Of a stretch of 32,716 bases of DNA, positions 23,079-32,716 are shown piece by piece. The stretch's first letter is position 1. Every line of letters begins with the position of its first letter. Source of the stretch: Thraustochytrium aureum (taxonomy: Eukaryota). The stretch lies in contig BLSG01000097.1 of assembly GCA_012862495.1 (NCBI GenBank), forward strand, positions 181,710 through 214,425, read 5' to 3'. The translations under genes and the position numbers were made by a program. Below the pieces are notes generated by a model. That model made no database searches, was not told where the DNA came from, and worked only from the letters and a program-made list of their open reading frames with translations.

Positions 23079-23142
23079 CTGCGCGGACCAGTGCAAGCGC
23101 GTCAGCGATCCACTCTCACACGACAAACCAGAAACGCACTCC
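23079..23142 (-). other. 3' end of a spliceosomal intron in the AstE/AspA gene
   Basis: The minus strand reads GCTGAC (branch-like, 23106-23101) ... TGGTCCGCGCAG| followed by in-frame coding sequence. The same GCTGAC motif lies at a similar distance from the acceptor in the RFC intron. Confidence 0.7.
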
Positions 23143-24248
23143 NNNNNNNNNNNNNNNNNNNNNNNNNNNNNNNNNNNNNNNNNNNNNNNNNNNNNNNNNN
23201 NNNNNNNNNNNNNNNNNNNNNNNNNNNNNNNNNNNNNNNNNNNNNNNNNNNNNNNNNNNNNNNNNNNNNNNNNNNNNNNNNNNNNNNNNNNNNNNNNNNN
23301 NNNNNNNNNNNNNNNNNNNNNNNNNNNNNNNNNNNNNNNNNNNNNNNNNNNNNNNNNNNNNNNNNNNNNNNNNNNNNNNNNNNNNNNNNNNNNNNNNNNN
23401 NNNNNNNNNNNNNNNNNNNNNNNNNNNNNNNNNNNNNNNNNNNNNNNNNNNNNNNNNNNNNNNNNNNNNNNNNNNNNNNNNNNNNNNNNNNNNNNNNNNN
23501 NNNNNNNNNNNNNNNNNNNNNNNNNNNNNNNNNNNNNNNNNNNNNNNNNNNNNNNNNNNNNNNNNNNNNNNNNNNNNNNNNNNNNNNNNNNNNNNNNNNN
23601 NNNNNNNNNNNNNNNNNNNNNNNNNNNNNNNNNNNNNNNNNNNNNNNNNNNNNNNNNNNNNNNNNNNNNNNNNNNNNNNNNNNNNNNNNNNNNNNNNNNN
23701 NNNNNNNNNNNNNNNNNNNNNNNNNNNNNNNNNNNNNNNNNNNNNNNNNNNNNNNNNNNNNNNNNNNNNNNNNNNNNNNNNNNNNNNNNGCAAGCAAAAA
23801 AGCACGCGAGCGCCCGCCTTTTCAAGCGAATTGTTCCAAGGCGCTTCCTTCCTTCTGCGCGTCCCAACAGCAAGAAAGAACAAGATCACCCGAAGTCCGA
23901 GGAAGAGCTCTTTCGTTCTGCTCACCTTTTGGTTGCTTCACCTTTTGTTCTGCTCACCTTTTGGTTGCCTGGCATTCTGCTGAACAAATGTGTTTCCCTT
24001 TTGTTCGTTGCGTGTTGGACGGGGTGTTTGTTGTGGGGCTCGGCGCGCCGCAGGGCAGAGCCGCATCGGGAGGGCGCGCGGGGCCGTGGAGGCGAGGCGA
24101 GGCGAGGCGAGGAGAGCGTCTGCCGCGGCACTGCTCGATCGCGCTGCGGCTGAGGCTCCAGAAGCGCGCGGTAGTTAGGCCGGCGCGGTCGGGCGGCGAG
24201 CGGCGCGCCGCTGCAGCTGCAGGGCAACCGTCGCGGGCTGCGGACGCG

Positions 24249-27200
24249 ATGGACGAGCAACTGTACTCGAGGCAGCTGTATGTGCTCGGGAGAGAGGCAC
24301 AGGGAGAGGCTGCAGCACTGCAAGGTGCTCCTGGCGGGAGCGCTGGGCGGGCTGGCCGCCGAGGTTGCCAAGAACTTGATGCTGGCCGGCGTGCACGCGC
24401 TGACGCTCGTGGACGACGCGCCGTGCACCGTCGGCGAGCTGGCGAGCAACTTTTTCGCTAGCGAAGACGACGTGCGCGCCGCAGCCGCGCGCAGCGGCGT
24501 GCTGGCCAAGCAACTCAGGGAGCTAAACCAGTACGTCACGCTAGACACCAGGCCAGTAGAGGCACTCACACTTGACCAAGTCGGCCTCGGCGCCTACGAC
24601 GTCGTGGTGCTCGTAGACGCGGGCCGCGATCTCATAGAGCGCGTTGCGCCGTTCTGCCACAATCACACGCCGAAACCCATCGCGCTGTGCTGCTGCGGCA
24701 CGTTTGGGCTCTACGGCTACCACTTTAACGACTTTGGGCCAAGATTCACTGTCGTGGACGTGGACGGCGAGGCGCCGCGGGCCGGGATCGTCGTCGGCGT
24801 CGAGCGCAAATCTGAGGAGAGCGGCGGCGAAAGGCTCATCATCACCACGGCAGACGACAAGCACCACGGACTCAAGGACGGCGACTGGGTCACCTTCCGC
24901 GGCCTCGGCGGCCTCGACGCGCTCTGCGACGGCGAGCCCCACCAGGTCGCCTCAGAGGCGGTCCTCAGCTCGAACGGCAAGCTCGTTGAGGGCCTCGCGT
25001 TCAGCGTGCTTGCTGGCGACCTTGCCGCTACAGAAGCTTATTCCGGCGGAGGCCACTTCGAGCAGGTGAAAATGCCCCAGGCGGAAGCGTTCAAGCCGTT
25101 CCCCGAGGCTTTAGCGGCCCCAGACTTTGTGACCAACGACTGGAACGACTTTGAGATGCCTGCCAAGCTCCACGCCCTTTTGCAGGGCCTATGGGCGTTT
25201 CAGCGCGAGAAGGGTGGCACACGCCCCCGCCCCTCGAACGCAGAGGACGCGCAGCGCGTGCTTGCACTGGCTCGCGAACACTGTCCAGAATACGCCGCCA
25301 AGCTCGACACGGATTCAAGCGCGGCGGTTCTCGAGAGGCTCGCGGCGGGCGCAGCTGGCGCGCTCGGGCCGATGGCCGCCTTTATCGGCGGCATCACGGC
25401 ACAGGAGGTGCTCAAGGCGTGCTCGGGCAAGTTTTCNNNNNNNNNNNNNNNNNNNNNNNNNNNNNNNNNNNNNNNNNNNNNNNNNNNNNNNNNNNNNNNN
25501 NNNNNNNNNNNNNNNNNNNNNNNNNNNNNNNNNNNNNNNNNNNNNNNNNNNNNNNNNNNNNNNNNNNNNNNNNNNNNNNNNNNNNNNNNNNNNNNNNNNN
25601 NNNNNNNNNNNNNNNNNNNNNNNNNNNNNNNNNNNNNNNNNNNNNNNNNNNNNNNNNNNNNNNNNNNNNNNNNNNNNNNNNNNNNNNNNNNNNNNNNNNN
25701 NNNNNNNNNNNNNNNNNNNNNNNNNNNNNNNNGCAGCTGTGTCTGGCTGGGCGTTCCGAGGAAAAACGTCGGCGCCCTCAGGACTTTTCTGGTTGGCGCA
25801 GGCGCGCTTGGCTGCGAGAGCCTGAAGAACTTTGCTGTGATGGGCGTCTGCTGCGGCCAAGGCGGCGCGCTCACTGTTACCGACATGGACGGAATCGAAA
25901 TCTCCAACCTGAACCGGCAGTTCCTGTTCCGGCCGCAGCACGTCGGCAAGATGAAGTCCGTGGTTGCAGCGGAAATGGCTGCCAAGATGAACCCGGCCCT
26001 GCGCGTGAGCGCGATGGAGACCAAGGTGGCGCCGGACACGGAGGACACCTTTGATGACGAGTTCTGGGGCAAGCTGGACCTCGTGGTGAATGCGCTAGAC
26101 AACGTGCTCGCGCGCAAGTACGTGGACAGCAAGTGCTTGTTCCACCGAAAGCCGCTCCTCGAAAGCGGGACGCTCGGCACAAAAGCCAACACATTGCCCG
26201 TGGTCCCGCACATCACCGAGTCGTACTCGTCCGACCCCGTCCAGGACGACGCCGGCGACGACATTCCCGCCTGCACACTTCACGCCTACCCAAACTTGAT
26301 CGAGCACACGCTTGCGTGGGCCAGAGATGCCGTCTTCGAGAAGTACTTTTCTCTCGACCCGGCCGAGGGCGCAGAGTTTGCACGGCATGCGCATGCTGGT
26401 ACAGTTCGCGACCGCTACCTTGCGGAGCTGGATCGCCAGCCTAGCTCCAAGCTGTCGCGCCTGCGGACAGCGCGGGCCGTGCTCATTGGCACAGAGCCCA
26501 GCGACCACGCGGAGAAGCTGTTTCCGTACTCGGTCCCGCTTGCCGGCCACCTTGACGCGGCGAGGTGCGTCCTGTTGGCACGCCTCCGCTTCGAGGAGCT
26601 CTTCGTCAACAAGATCAAGCTCCTCTTGCACGTTCACCCACTTGACAAGACGGTGGACGATACCGGAACCAAGTTTTGGAGCGGCAAGCGCCGGCCCCCA
26701 TCGGTCGAGGCCTTCAACGCCGACGACCCGCTCCACCTCCAATTTGTTTCGGCCGCGGCGCTGCTGTTTTCCAAGGTGTACCGGGTGGAGCCGTGCATAC
26801 CCGAGGACCGTGCCACCAGGGACGGCCTCGTTCGCGAGATCCTTGTCACTCTCCCGCCCCTGGAACCTTTCCGTGTCGACAGCTCCGTCCGTGTTCCTGC
26901 CAACGACGAGGAAGCGAAACAGCTGGCAGCTGAGCAAGAGAAGCAGGCCGAGCTGGACGCAGAGAATGCCGCCGACAAGTGCGTGGCTGAGCTCGCAAAG
27001 CTCGAGAGCTGCGCCCCGGATGTGATCCCAGATCCCGCACCGCAAGTCTTCGAAAAGGACGATGACCTAAACGGGCACATGGACCTGATCTACGCTGCAG
27101 CGAGCATCAGGGCACGCGCGTACAACATCCCGCTCGTGGACCAGCTCAAGGCCAAGATGATCGTCGGGCGAATCATTCCGGCGATCGCGACAACGACGGC

Positions 27201-27759
27201 GATGGCCACGGGCGCCGTCGCACTCGAGCTGTACAAGCTCGTCCACGGGCACCCCCTGGAGGCTTATCGCGCCTGCAACATCAACCTCGCGGTCAACTCG
27301 TTCGCCAGCTTTGAGCCGACGCCTTGCGCCAAGCAAACCTTTGGTAAGCGCAAGTACATCAAGGCTGGCGACCGCGACCGTACGGTTGACGTTTCGATAT
27401 GGACGATGCTCGAGTTGACTGGCGACAAGACGGTGCAGGAGGTCGTCGACTATTTCGCCGACCGTTTCGAGTTCGAGGTGACCACGATTTCCACCAAAGG
27501 CGACGTTTTACTGTACAACGACATGTTTGGCCAGGAGGACCGCCTCGAGCAGACCATTTCGGACTTGTACAGGAGCGTGACGGCGACGGACCCTCCAAGG
27601 TTTATCATTCTAAATGTGGATGGCGACTTTGAGGAAGATGATGAGGACGAAGGCGAAGGTGGCAGCGACGATGACGACGACGACGACGACGAAGACGCGG
27701 ATGACTTTGCCATCCCAGCCTGCCGCCTCGACTGGCAGGCCGACGAGGACGAAACCTAG
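24249..27759 (+). CDS. UBA1: Ubiquitin-activating enzyme E1 (UBA1/UBA6 family), divergent; frameshift near 24303 and gap 25437-25731
   Basis: MDEQLYSRQLYVLG, then after the shift KVLLAG.LGGLAAEVAKNLMLAGV. Further motifs: PMAAFIGGITAQEVLKACSGKF; LVGAGALGCESLKN; TDMDGIEISNLNRQFLFR; NALDNVLARKYVDSKC; PLLESGTLGTK; catalytic Cys region IPACTLHAYPNLIEHTLAWARD; FEKDDDLNGHMD; GRIIPAIATTTA; C-terminal UFD. Stop TAG 27757-27759. Confidence 0.93.
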
Positions 27760-27853
27760 CTCTAGAGGTCCCGCCCAAACAAATCAGCAGCCGAGCTTGC
27801 AAAAGCTGTTGTGCGACCGAGCCGTCCAGACTCGGAAGCCGACCACGACAGCA

Positions 27854-27887
<34 letters not shown>

Positions 27888-28239
27888 GGGGGAAATTGCC
27901 ATCCAGCCTGCCGACGAGGACGAAANNNNNNNNNNNNNNNNNNNNNNNNNNNNNNNNNNNNNNNNNNNNNNNNNNNNNNNNNNNNNNNNNNNNNNNNNNN
28001 NNNNNNNNNNNNNNNNNNNNNNNNNNNNNNNNNNNNNNNNNNNNNNNNNNNNNNNNNNNNNNNNNNNNNNNNNNNNNNNNNNNNNNNNNNNNNNNNNNNN
28101 NNNNNNNNNNNNNNNNNNNNNNNNNNNNNNNNNNNNNNNNNNNNNNNNNNNNNNNNNNNNNNNNNNNNNNNNNNNNNNNNNNNNNNNAGAGGTCTTGCCC
28201 AAACCAAGCAGCAGCCGAGCTCGCAAAGCTGTTGTGCGA
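27660..28239 (+). repeat. Degenerate tandem duplication of the E1 3' end and downstream flank, with GAC / GACAGCGAC microsatellites
   Basis: ttgccatcccagcctgcc...gccgacgaggacgaaa (27707-27754) recurs as ttgccatccagcctgccgacgaggacgaaa (27896-27925). agaggtcccgcccaaacaaatcagcagccgagcttgcaaaagctgttgtgcga (27764-27816) recurs as agaggtcttgcccaaaccaagcagcagccgagctcgcaaagctgttgtgcga (28188-28239). Confidence 0.85.
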
Positions 28240-28426
28240 GCCTCATCCAAATTCAAACGGGTCGGACTCCCGCTTGCGTCCCCCCCTCTTCGCGCGCCAA
28301 GTAGGCAGGCACTGCAGGCAGGCAGGCAGGCAGGCACCCAAGCAAGCAGGCCAAGCTCCCTGGCTGGCACGCAGGCGGAGGATCGGTTTGGCTTCGATTG
28401 ACACAGCACTGTGTGCGAGAGCCGCG

Positions 28427-29556
28427 ATGGCAACTGCGGTGCCGGACGCCGCGAGGCTGCAGCCCTGGGTTGAGCGGTACAGGCCGAAACGCGTGAGCGA
28501 GGTCGCGCACCAGACCGAGGTGGTGGCCGCGCTGCGAAGCTCGATCGAGAGCGGGGATGTTCCTCATTTGCTGTTCTACGGACCGCCGGTGAGTTTTTGG
28601 TTGTTGCCGAGGCCGAGGCCGGGGCGCATGGCGAGCGGACGGTTTGTGGCTGACGGCGGCCGGGTCGAGGGGCACCACAGGGGACCGGCAAGACTTCGAC
28701 CATCCTCGCTCTTGCGCACGAGCTGTACGGGCAACACTTTCGCGAGCGCGTACTTGAGCTGAACGCGAGCGATGAGCGCGGCATCAACATTGTGCGCGAA
28801 AAGGTCAAGAACTTTGCCTCCACCGCCGTCGCAGCCGGCACCACAAAAGATGGTCGCAAGCTGCCGCCGTTCAAGCTGATCATCTTGGACGAGTCGGACA
28901 GCATGACGTCCGACGCGCAGAGCGCGCTGCGACGCACGATGGAGCTCTACACCCGGGTGACTCGGTTCTGCCTCGTCTGCAACTATGTCAGCCGCATAAT
29001 CGAGCCGCTCGCGTCGCGGTGCGCCAAGTTTCGCTTCGAGCCGCTGTCGCAAGACTCGTTCGTGGCCAAGATCAAAACGATCAGCGAGGCGGAAAACGTC
29101 AGCTTGGGCGATGATGCGATCGACACGATCGTCAACGTCTCCAAGGGCGACCTGCGCACCGGCATCACCCTGTTGCAGACCTCGGCGCAGTACAACGGAG
29201 GCAACGTGACAGCAGGTGCCATCTTGGAGATGGCGGGCTTGCCTTCGGGCGAGTTTATGGAGGCGATCTGGGCTGCGATTCGCGGGAAGAGGTTTGCCGC
29301 GCTCGAGGCCTGTGCACAAGACTTGCAGGCCGAGGGCTTTGCCGTGAGCGCGGTGATCAAGCTCATGCAGGAGCAGCTCCTCGAGTTTGACGACGGCACG
29401 GTTTCCGACGAGAAGAAGGCGCACATGCTGATCAAGCTCGCCTCGGTGGACCAGGCCACCGAGGACGGCGCGAGCGAGGACTTGCAGTTTCGCTCGCTTC
29501 TGAGCGAGTGCACAAAGCTCTGGCACCGCCGGAGCGGCGGCGCAAGCGAGATCTAG
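28427..29556 (+). CDS. RFC4: Replication factor C small subunit (human RFC4 / yeast Rfc2 type); exons 28427-28588 and 28681-29556, 345 aa
   Basis: [10 protein letters not shown]...[25 protein letters not shown]...[24 protein letters not shown]...[27 protein letters not shown]...[26 protein letters not shown]...GDLR. Splicing restores the Walker A motif exactly in frame. Confidence 0.95.
28589..28680 (+). other. 92-nt GT-AG spliceosomal intron (phase 0)
   Basis: Donor GTGAGT at 28589, branch-like GCTGAC at ~28649-28654, acceptor CCACAG ending at 28680. Removal joins GPP to GTGKT. Confidence 0.95.
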
Positions 29557-29694
29557 CCCACGCCCTCTCGCTGTCGACTCTATCTACAGATGGATCTCAA
29601 TTCTGCCGTTCTGATCTCAACTCTACTCCAACCTACCTACCCATTGCAATTGTCAGCGCTGCGTTGCATGCAGCAGGGCGAACACTGCTCTTCC

Positions 29695-29962
29695 TCACAG
29701 GGGGCCGAAGAAGGTCGGGGAAAGCGAGTAGTCAAGCGCAGGGCCCGCGCCCTTGACCGCGATGTTGCGCACCACGTTCCACAGAAACTCGGACGCCGGG
29801 GCCTTGCTGTGCGTGGCCGCGTCCGCCGGAACCTTGGCGGCCTCCTCCAGGAACAGGTACTTTGGCTCGCCGAACTGCTCTGGGGCTTCGATGCAGACCG
29901 CGGGGATGCCCACTAGACCCACTTGCTCGTTGGTGTTGAAGATGGGCGCGCCGCAGCACGAC
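29695..29962 (-). CDS. C-terminal part of a small protein, possibly GFA/CENP-V (Mss4-like)/DUF6151-type zinc-binding fold; remainder in gap 29963-30785
   Basis: The open frame from the gap reads SCCGAPIFNTNEQVGLVGIPAVCIEAPEQFGEPKYLFLEEAAK...SPTFFGPL* (TGA 29697-29695). 'SCCxxPIxNT' recalls the second Cys pair of DUF6151/GFA-like proteins, but only a fragment is visible. Confidence 0.5.
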
Positions 29963-31034
29963 NNNNNNNNNNNNNNNNNNNNNNNNNNNNNNNNNNNNNN
30001 NNNNNNNNNNNNNNNNNNNNNNNNNNNNNNNNNNNNNNNNNNNNNNNNNNNNNNNNNNNNNNNNNNNNNNNNNNNNNNNNNNNNNNNNNNNNNNNNNNNN
30101 NNNNNNNNNNNNNNNNNNNNNNNNNNNNNNNNNNNNNNNNNNNNNNNNNNNNNNNNNNNNNNNNNNNNNNNNNNNNNNNNNNNNNNNNNNNNNNNNNNNN
30201 NNNNNNNNNNNNNNNNNNNNNNNNNNNNNNNNNNNNNNNNNNNNNNNNNNNNNNNNNNNNNNNNNNNNNNNNNNNNNNNNNNNNNNNNNNNNNNNNNNNN
30301 NNNNNNNNNNNNNNNNNNNNNNNNNNNNNNNNNNNNNNNNNNNNNNNNNNNNNNNNNNNNNNNNNNNNNNNNNNNNNNNNNNNNNNNNNNNNNNNNNNNN
30401 NNNNNNNNNNNNNNNNNNNNNNNNNNNNNNNNNNNNNNNNNNNNNNNNNNNNNNNNNNNNNNNNNNNNNNNNNNNNNNNNNNNNNNNNNNNNNNNNNNNN
30501 NNNNNNNNNNNNNNNNNNNNNNNNNNNNNNNNNNNNNNNNNNNNNNNNNNNNNNNNNNNNNNNNNNNNNNNNNNNNNNNNNNNNNNNNNNNNNNNNNNNN
30601 NNNNNNNNNNNNNNNNNNNNNNNNNNNNNNNNNNNNNNNNNNNNNNNNNNNNNNNNNNNNNNNNNNNNNNNNNNNNNNNNNNNNNNNNNNNNNNNNNNNN
30701 NNNNNNNNNNNNNNNNNNNNNNNNNNNNNNNNNNNNNNNNNNNNNNNNNNNNNNNNNNNNNNNNNNNNNNNNNNNNNNNNNNNNNCGAAACGAACCCAAG
30801 CTAAACGAACAAAACGAGCAACAGGACGAACAAGGTCGAGCAACACATGATCTTGATTGATTTTGATCGAACGAGTCGGCGCGAGGGGCATGCACGTGCG
30901 AGTCGCGGGTCGGCGCCGGGCGTTGTCGAGTGCTGGCTGCTGGCTGGTGCTGGCTGGTGCTGGCGCTGCTGGTGCTGGCGCTCGTGGCGTGGTGCGGGTA
31001 GTGCCGGTTTGGAGGGCGTGCCGGCTGATGGGCG

Positions 31035-32716
31035 ATGGTGGACGCGGCAAGGCATGATGGCGACACACCGGCGCTCGACGAGGCGGAGGCCGCGGCGGAA
31101 GTGACTGCCGCGGCGGCGCTGGACGGGGCCCGCGGCATTTCGGGCGAGGAGGGCATGGTTGCGCCTACGGCTCTTGAGGCGCGCGTGGCTGGTGTCAGGG
31201 ATGAGGTGTTGGAAGAAGAGGCGTCCGGGCCGGGGTTGATGGCGCCTGACGAGCTCTTTGGCGACGCGGCTGTGCGCGGAGCGGTCGGGTTTGCTGACGC
31301 GCTGTGCGACGATCTTAAAAAGGCGCTCCCCCCCTTTGTGCCCGAGCTCGCTAGCATGCGGGCCGTGCTTGGGCTCGCGGATGACGCGCTCCTCGTCCGG
31401 TGCAACGAAATCGTCCGCAAGGCGTTGGACGAGCTCGCACTGGGGCTGCGGTTTTACGTCCTGATGACAATGGTGCACAGCGGGAGGTATTCGCTCCTGA
31501 GCCGGCGGTCCGGCCAGCATCCTCGGCGCGCAATCCGGTTTTACACCAACTCCGCCTGGGATGCAAATAGCAAGCGCTCGGTGCGGCTCCCGGCGCCTCT
31601 CGAAGTGGAGATTACCATGGAGGTGGTCTCGACGCGCAGCACGCGCTGTCACGTCCTGCACGGGGTCGAGCAGTTTTGGACAGCAGTGCCTGCGGACCTC
31701 CGCGCTCTGCTCACGCACGTGATCGGCGTCAATACGCTATTCTCTGCCCCGTGGAACTTTTATCACAAAGGCCGCAAGTATGCATACTACCCAAACGACA
31801 CGGTCCGTACGGCCAAGGCGCTGCGTGGGTGCGCAAACTTTTTTTCTCACCGCAACAGTGTGGTTCCCTGCCGCGTCCCCGCGAAACCCTCGAGCGAGTT
31901 TTTCGCCGACATCGTGGAGCGCGAGCACCTGGTTGCGGACCGCTTCCTGCCCGCAGTCGTCCAGTGGAGCCGCGCCCTTGCCGCTACCGGGGAAGAGATT
32001 GCGCACACGCAATTCGGGAAGAGCACCACGCGTGCGCTTTACCGGCACGGCGAAAGGTGGGTGCTTGGGTTTCTTGCGCGGCCTCGTCAAAGCCGCGCAG
32101 TCCCACTTTGCAGCCGTGGAGGCCATTGCGGACATGTACTCCAAACTCGCGCCCTGCTTGCGACCTGGCGGCGCGCCCCACGCCTGCAATCGGCCCGACG
32201 CGCAGACCAACGACGATCTGGCGCAGGAGCTCTTCGAGCTGCGGGATGAGCTTGAAGTTGAACGGTTGCAGGACGAGGCGGTCACGCCGCTCGATTCGCG
32301 CGCCGCACGCTTTGGGGCCAACCTCCTCTGGACCAGATTTGGCGCATCGACGGGCCCGACGCGCTCCAAGAGTGCGGGGGCCGATGACGGCGCAGAGTGC
32401 GCCTCGGACGCCGGCTCGGAGCCGAGCCAGGACGATGGCGTTCTGAGCGGGAAAAGTTGGAAAACTGGCTCTACCCTCTTTTCGGATCGGTCGACGCCGA
32501 GCAACGCAGGCCGTGGCCGCGCAAATGCGCAGAGCCTGGACTTTAGCGCAGAGGTGAAGCGGTTCGAGGTTGCAGACTTGGTAGTCCCCTCGTTCCCCTC
32601 CCCTGCGTCCGTCAAGGTCGTCCAGATCCAGAGCTGTTTCAACGTCGACCCGTTTGGGTGCACGCATGCCGACCTCGTGAGCCGCATGCTCGATATGACC
32701 CTCCTGGCGCTCCGCC
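31035..32716 (+). CDS. Large hypothetical protein, 3' end outside the window; frameshift near 32070
   Basis: A 404-codon ORF with GC3-rich coding-like codons. After one extra T in gggtttcttg, frame 1 reads LRGLVKAAQSHFAAVEAIADMYSKL...DLAQELFELRDELEVERLQDE...VKVVQIQSCFNVDPFGCTHADLVSRMLDMTLLALR with no stop before the window end. No family recognised. Confidence 0.7.

Noticed and set aside
28303..28336. (GCAG)n run upstream of RFC4 as a regulatory element
   Set aside because: A short tetranucleotide microsatellite with no supporting evidence of function.
28885..28902. RFC Walker B reads DESD rather than DEAD
   Set aside because: The catalytic DE pair, Walker A and SRC motif are intact, so this is a conservative variant.
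30932..30980. GCTGGT/GCTGGC repeats resembling the reverse complement of 1557-1590
   Set aside because: Both are simple low-complexity repeats, with no evidence of terminal inverted repeats or a mobile element.

Overview
GC-rich, gene-dense, intron-poor eukaryotic DNA from a gapped draft assembly. There are 10 N-gaps and about 11 single-base frameshifts, all at homopolymer runs. The organism is probably a flagellated protist; a thraustochytrid/stramenopile is plausible but is only inference. Gene order: 3' end of a Cys-rich single-pass membrane protein (+); ankyrin-repeat protein (-); a ~15.2 kb HYDIN gene (+); an uncharacterised circularly permuted ATP-grasp ligase (+); a TspO-like multi-pass membrane protein (+); a 23-bp minisatellite; the last exon of an AstE/AspA (M14-like) deacylase/peptidase (-); a divergent UBA1-type E1 enzyme (+) followed by a degenerate duplication of its own 3' end; an RFC small subunit (RFC4/Rfc2) with a 92-nt intron (+); the 3' end of a possible GFA/DUF6151-like protein (-); and a large orphan ORF running off the window (+). 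The most interesting signal is the close pairing of the ATP-grasp ligase with the AstE/AspA hydrolase. This resembles bacterial peptide ligase/peptidase modules but sits in a eukaryotic genome.
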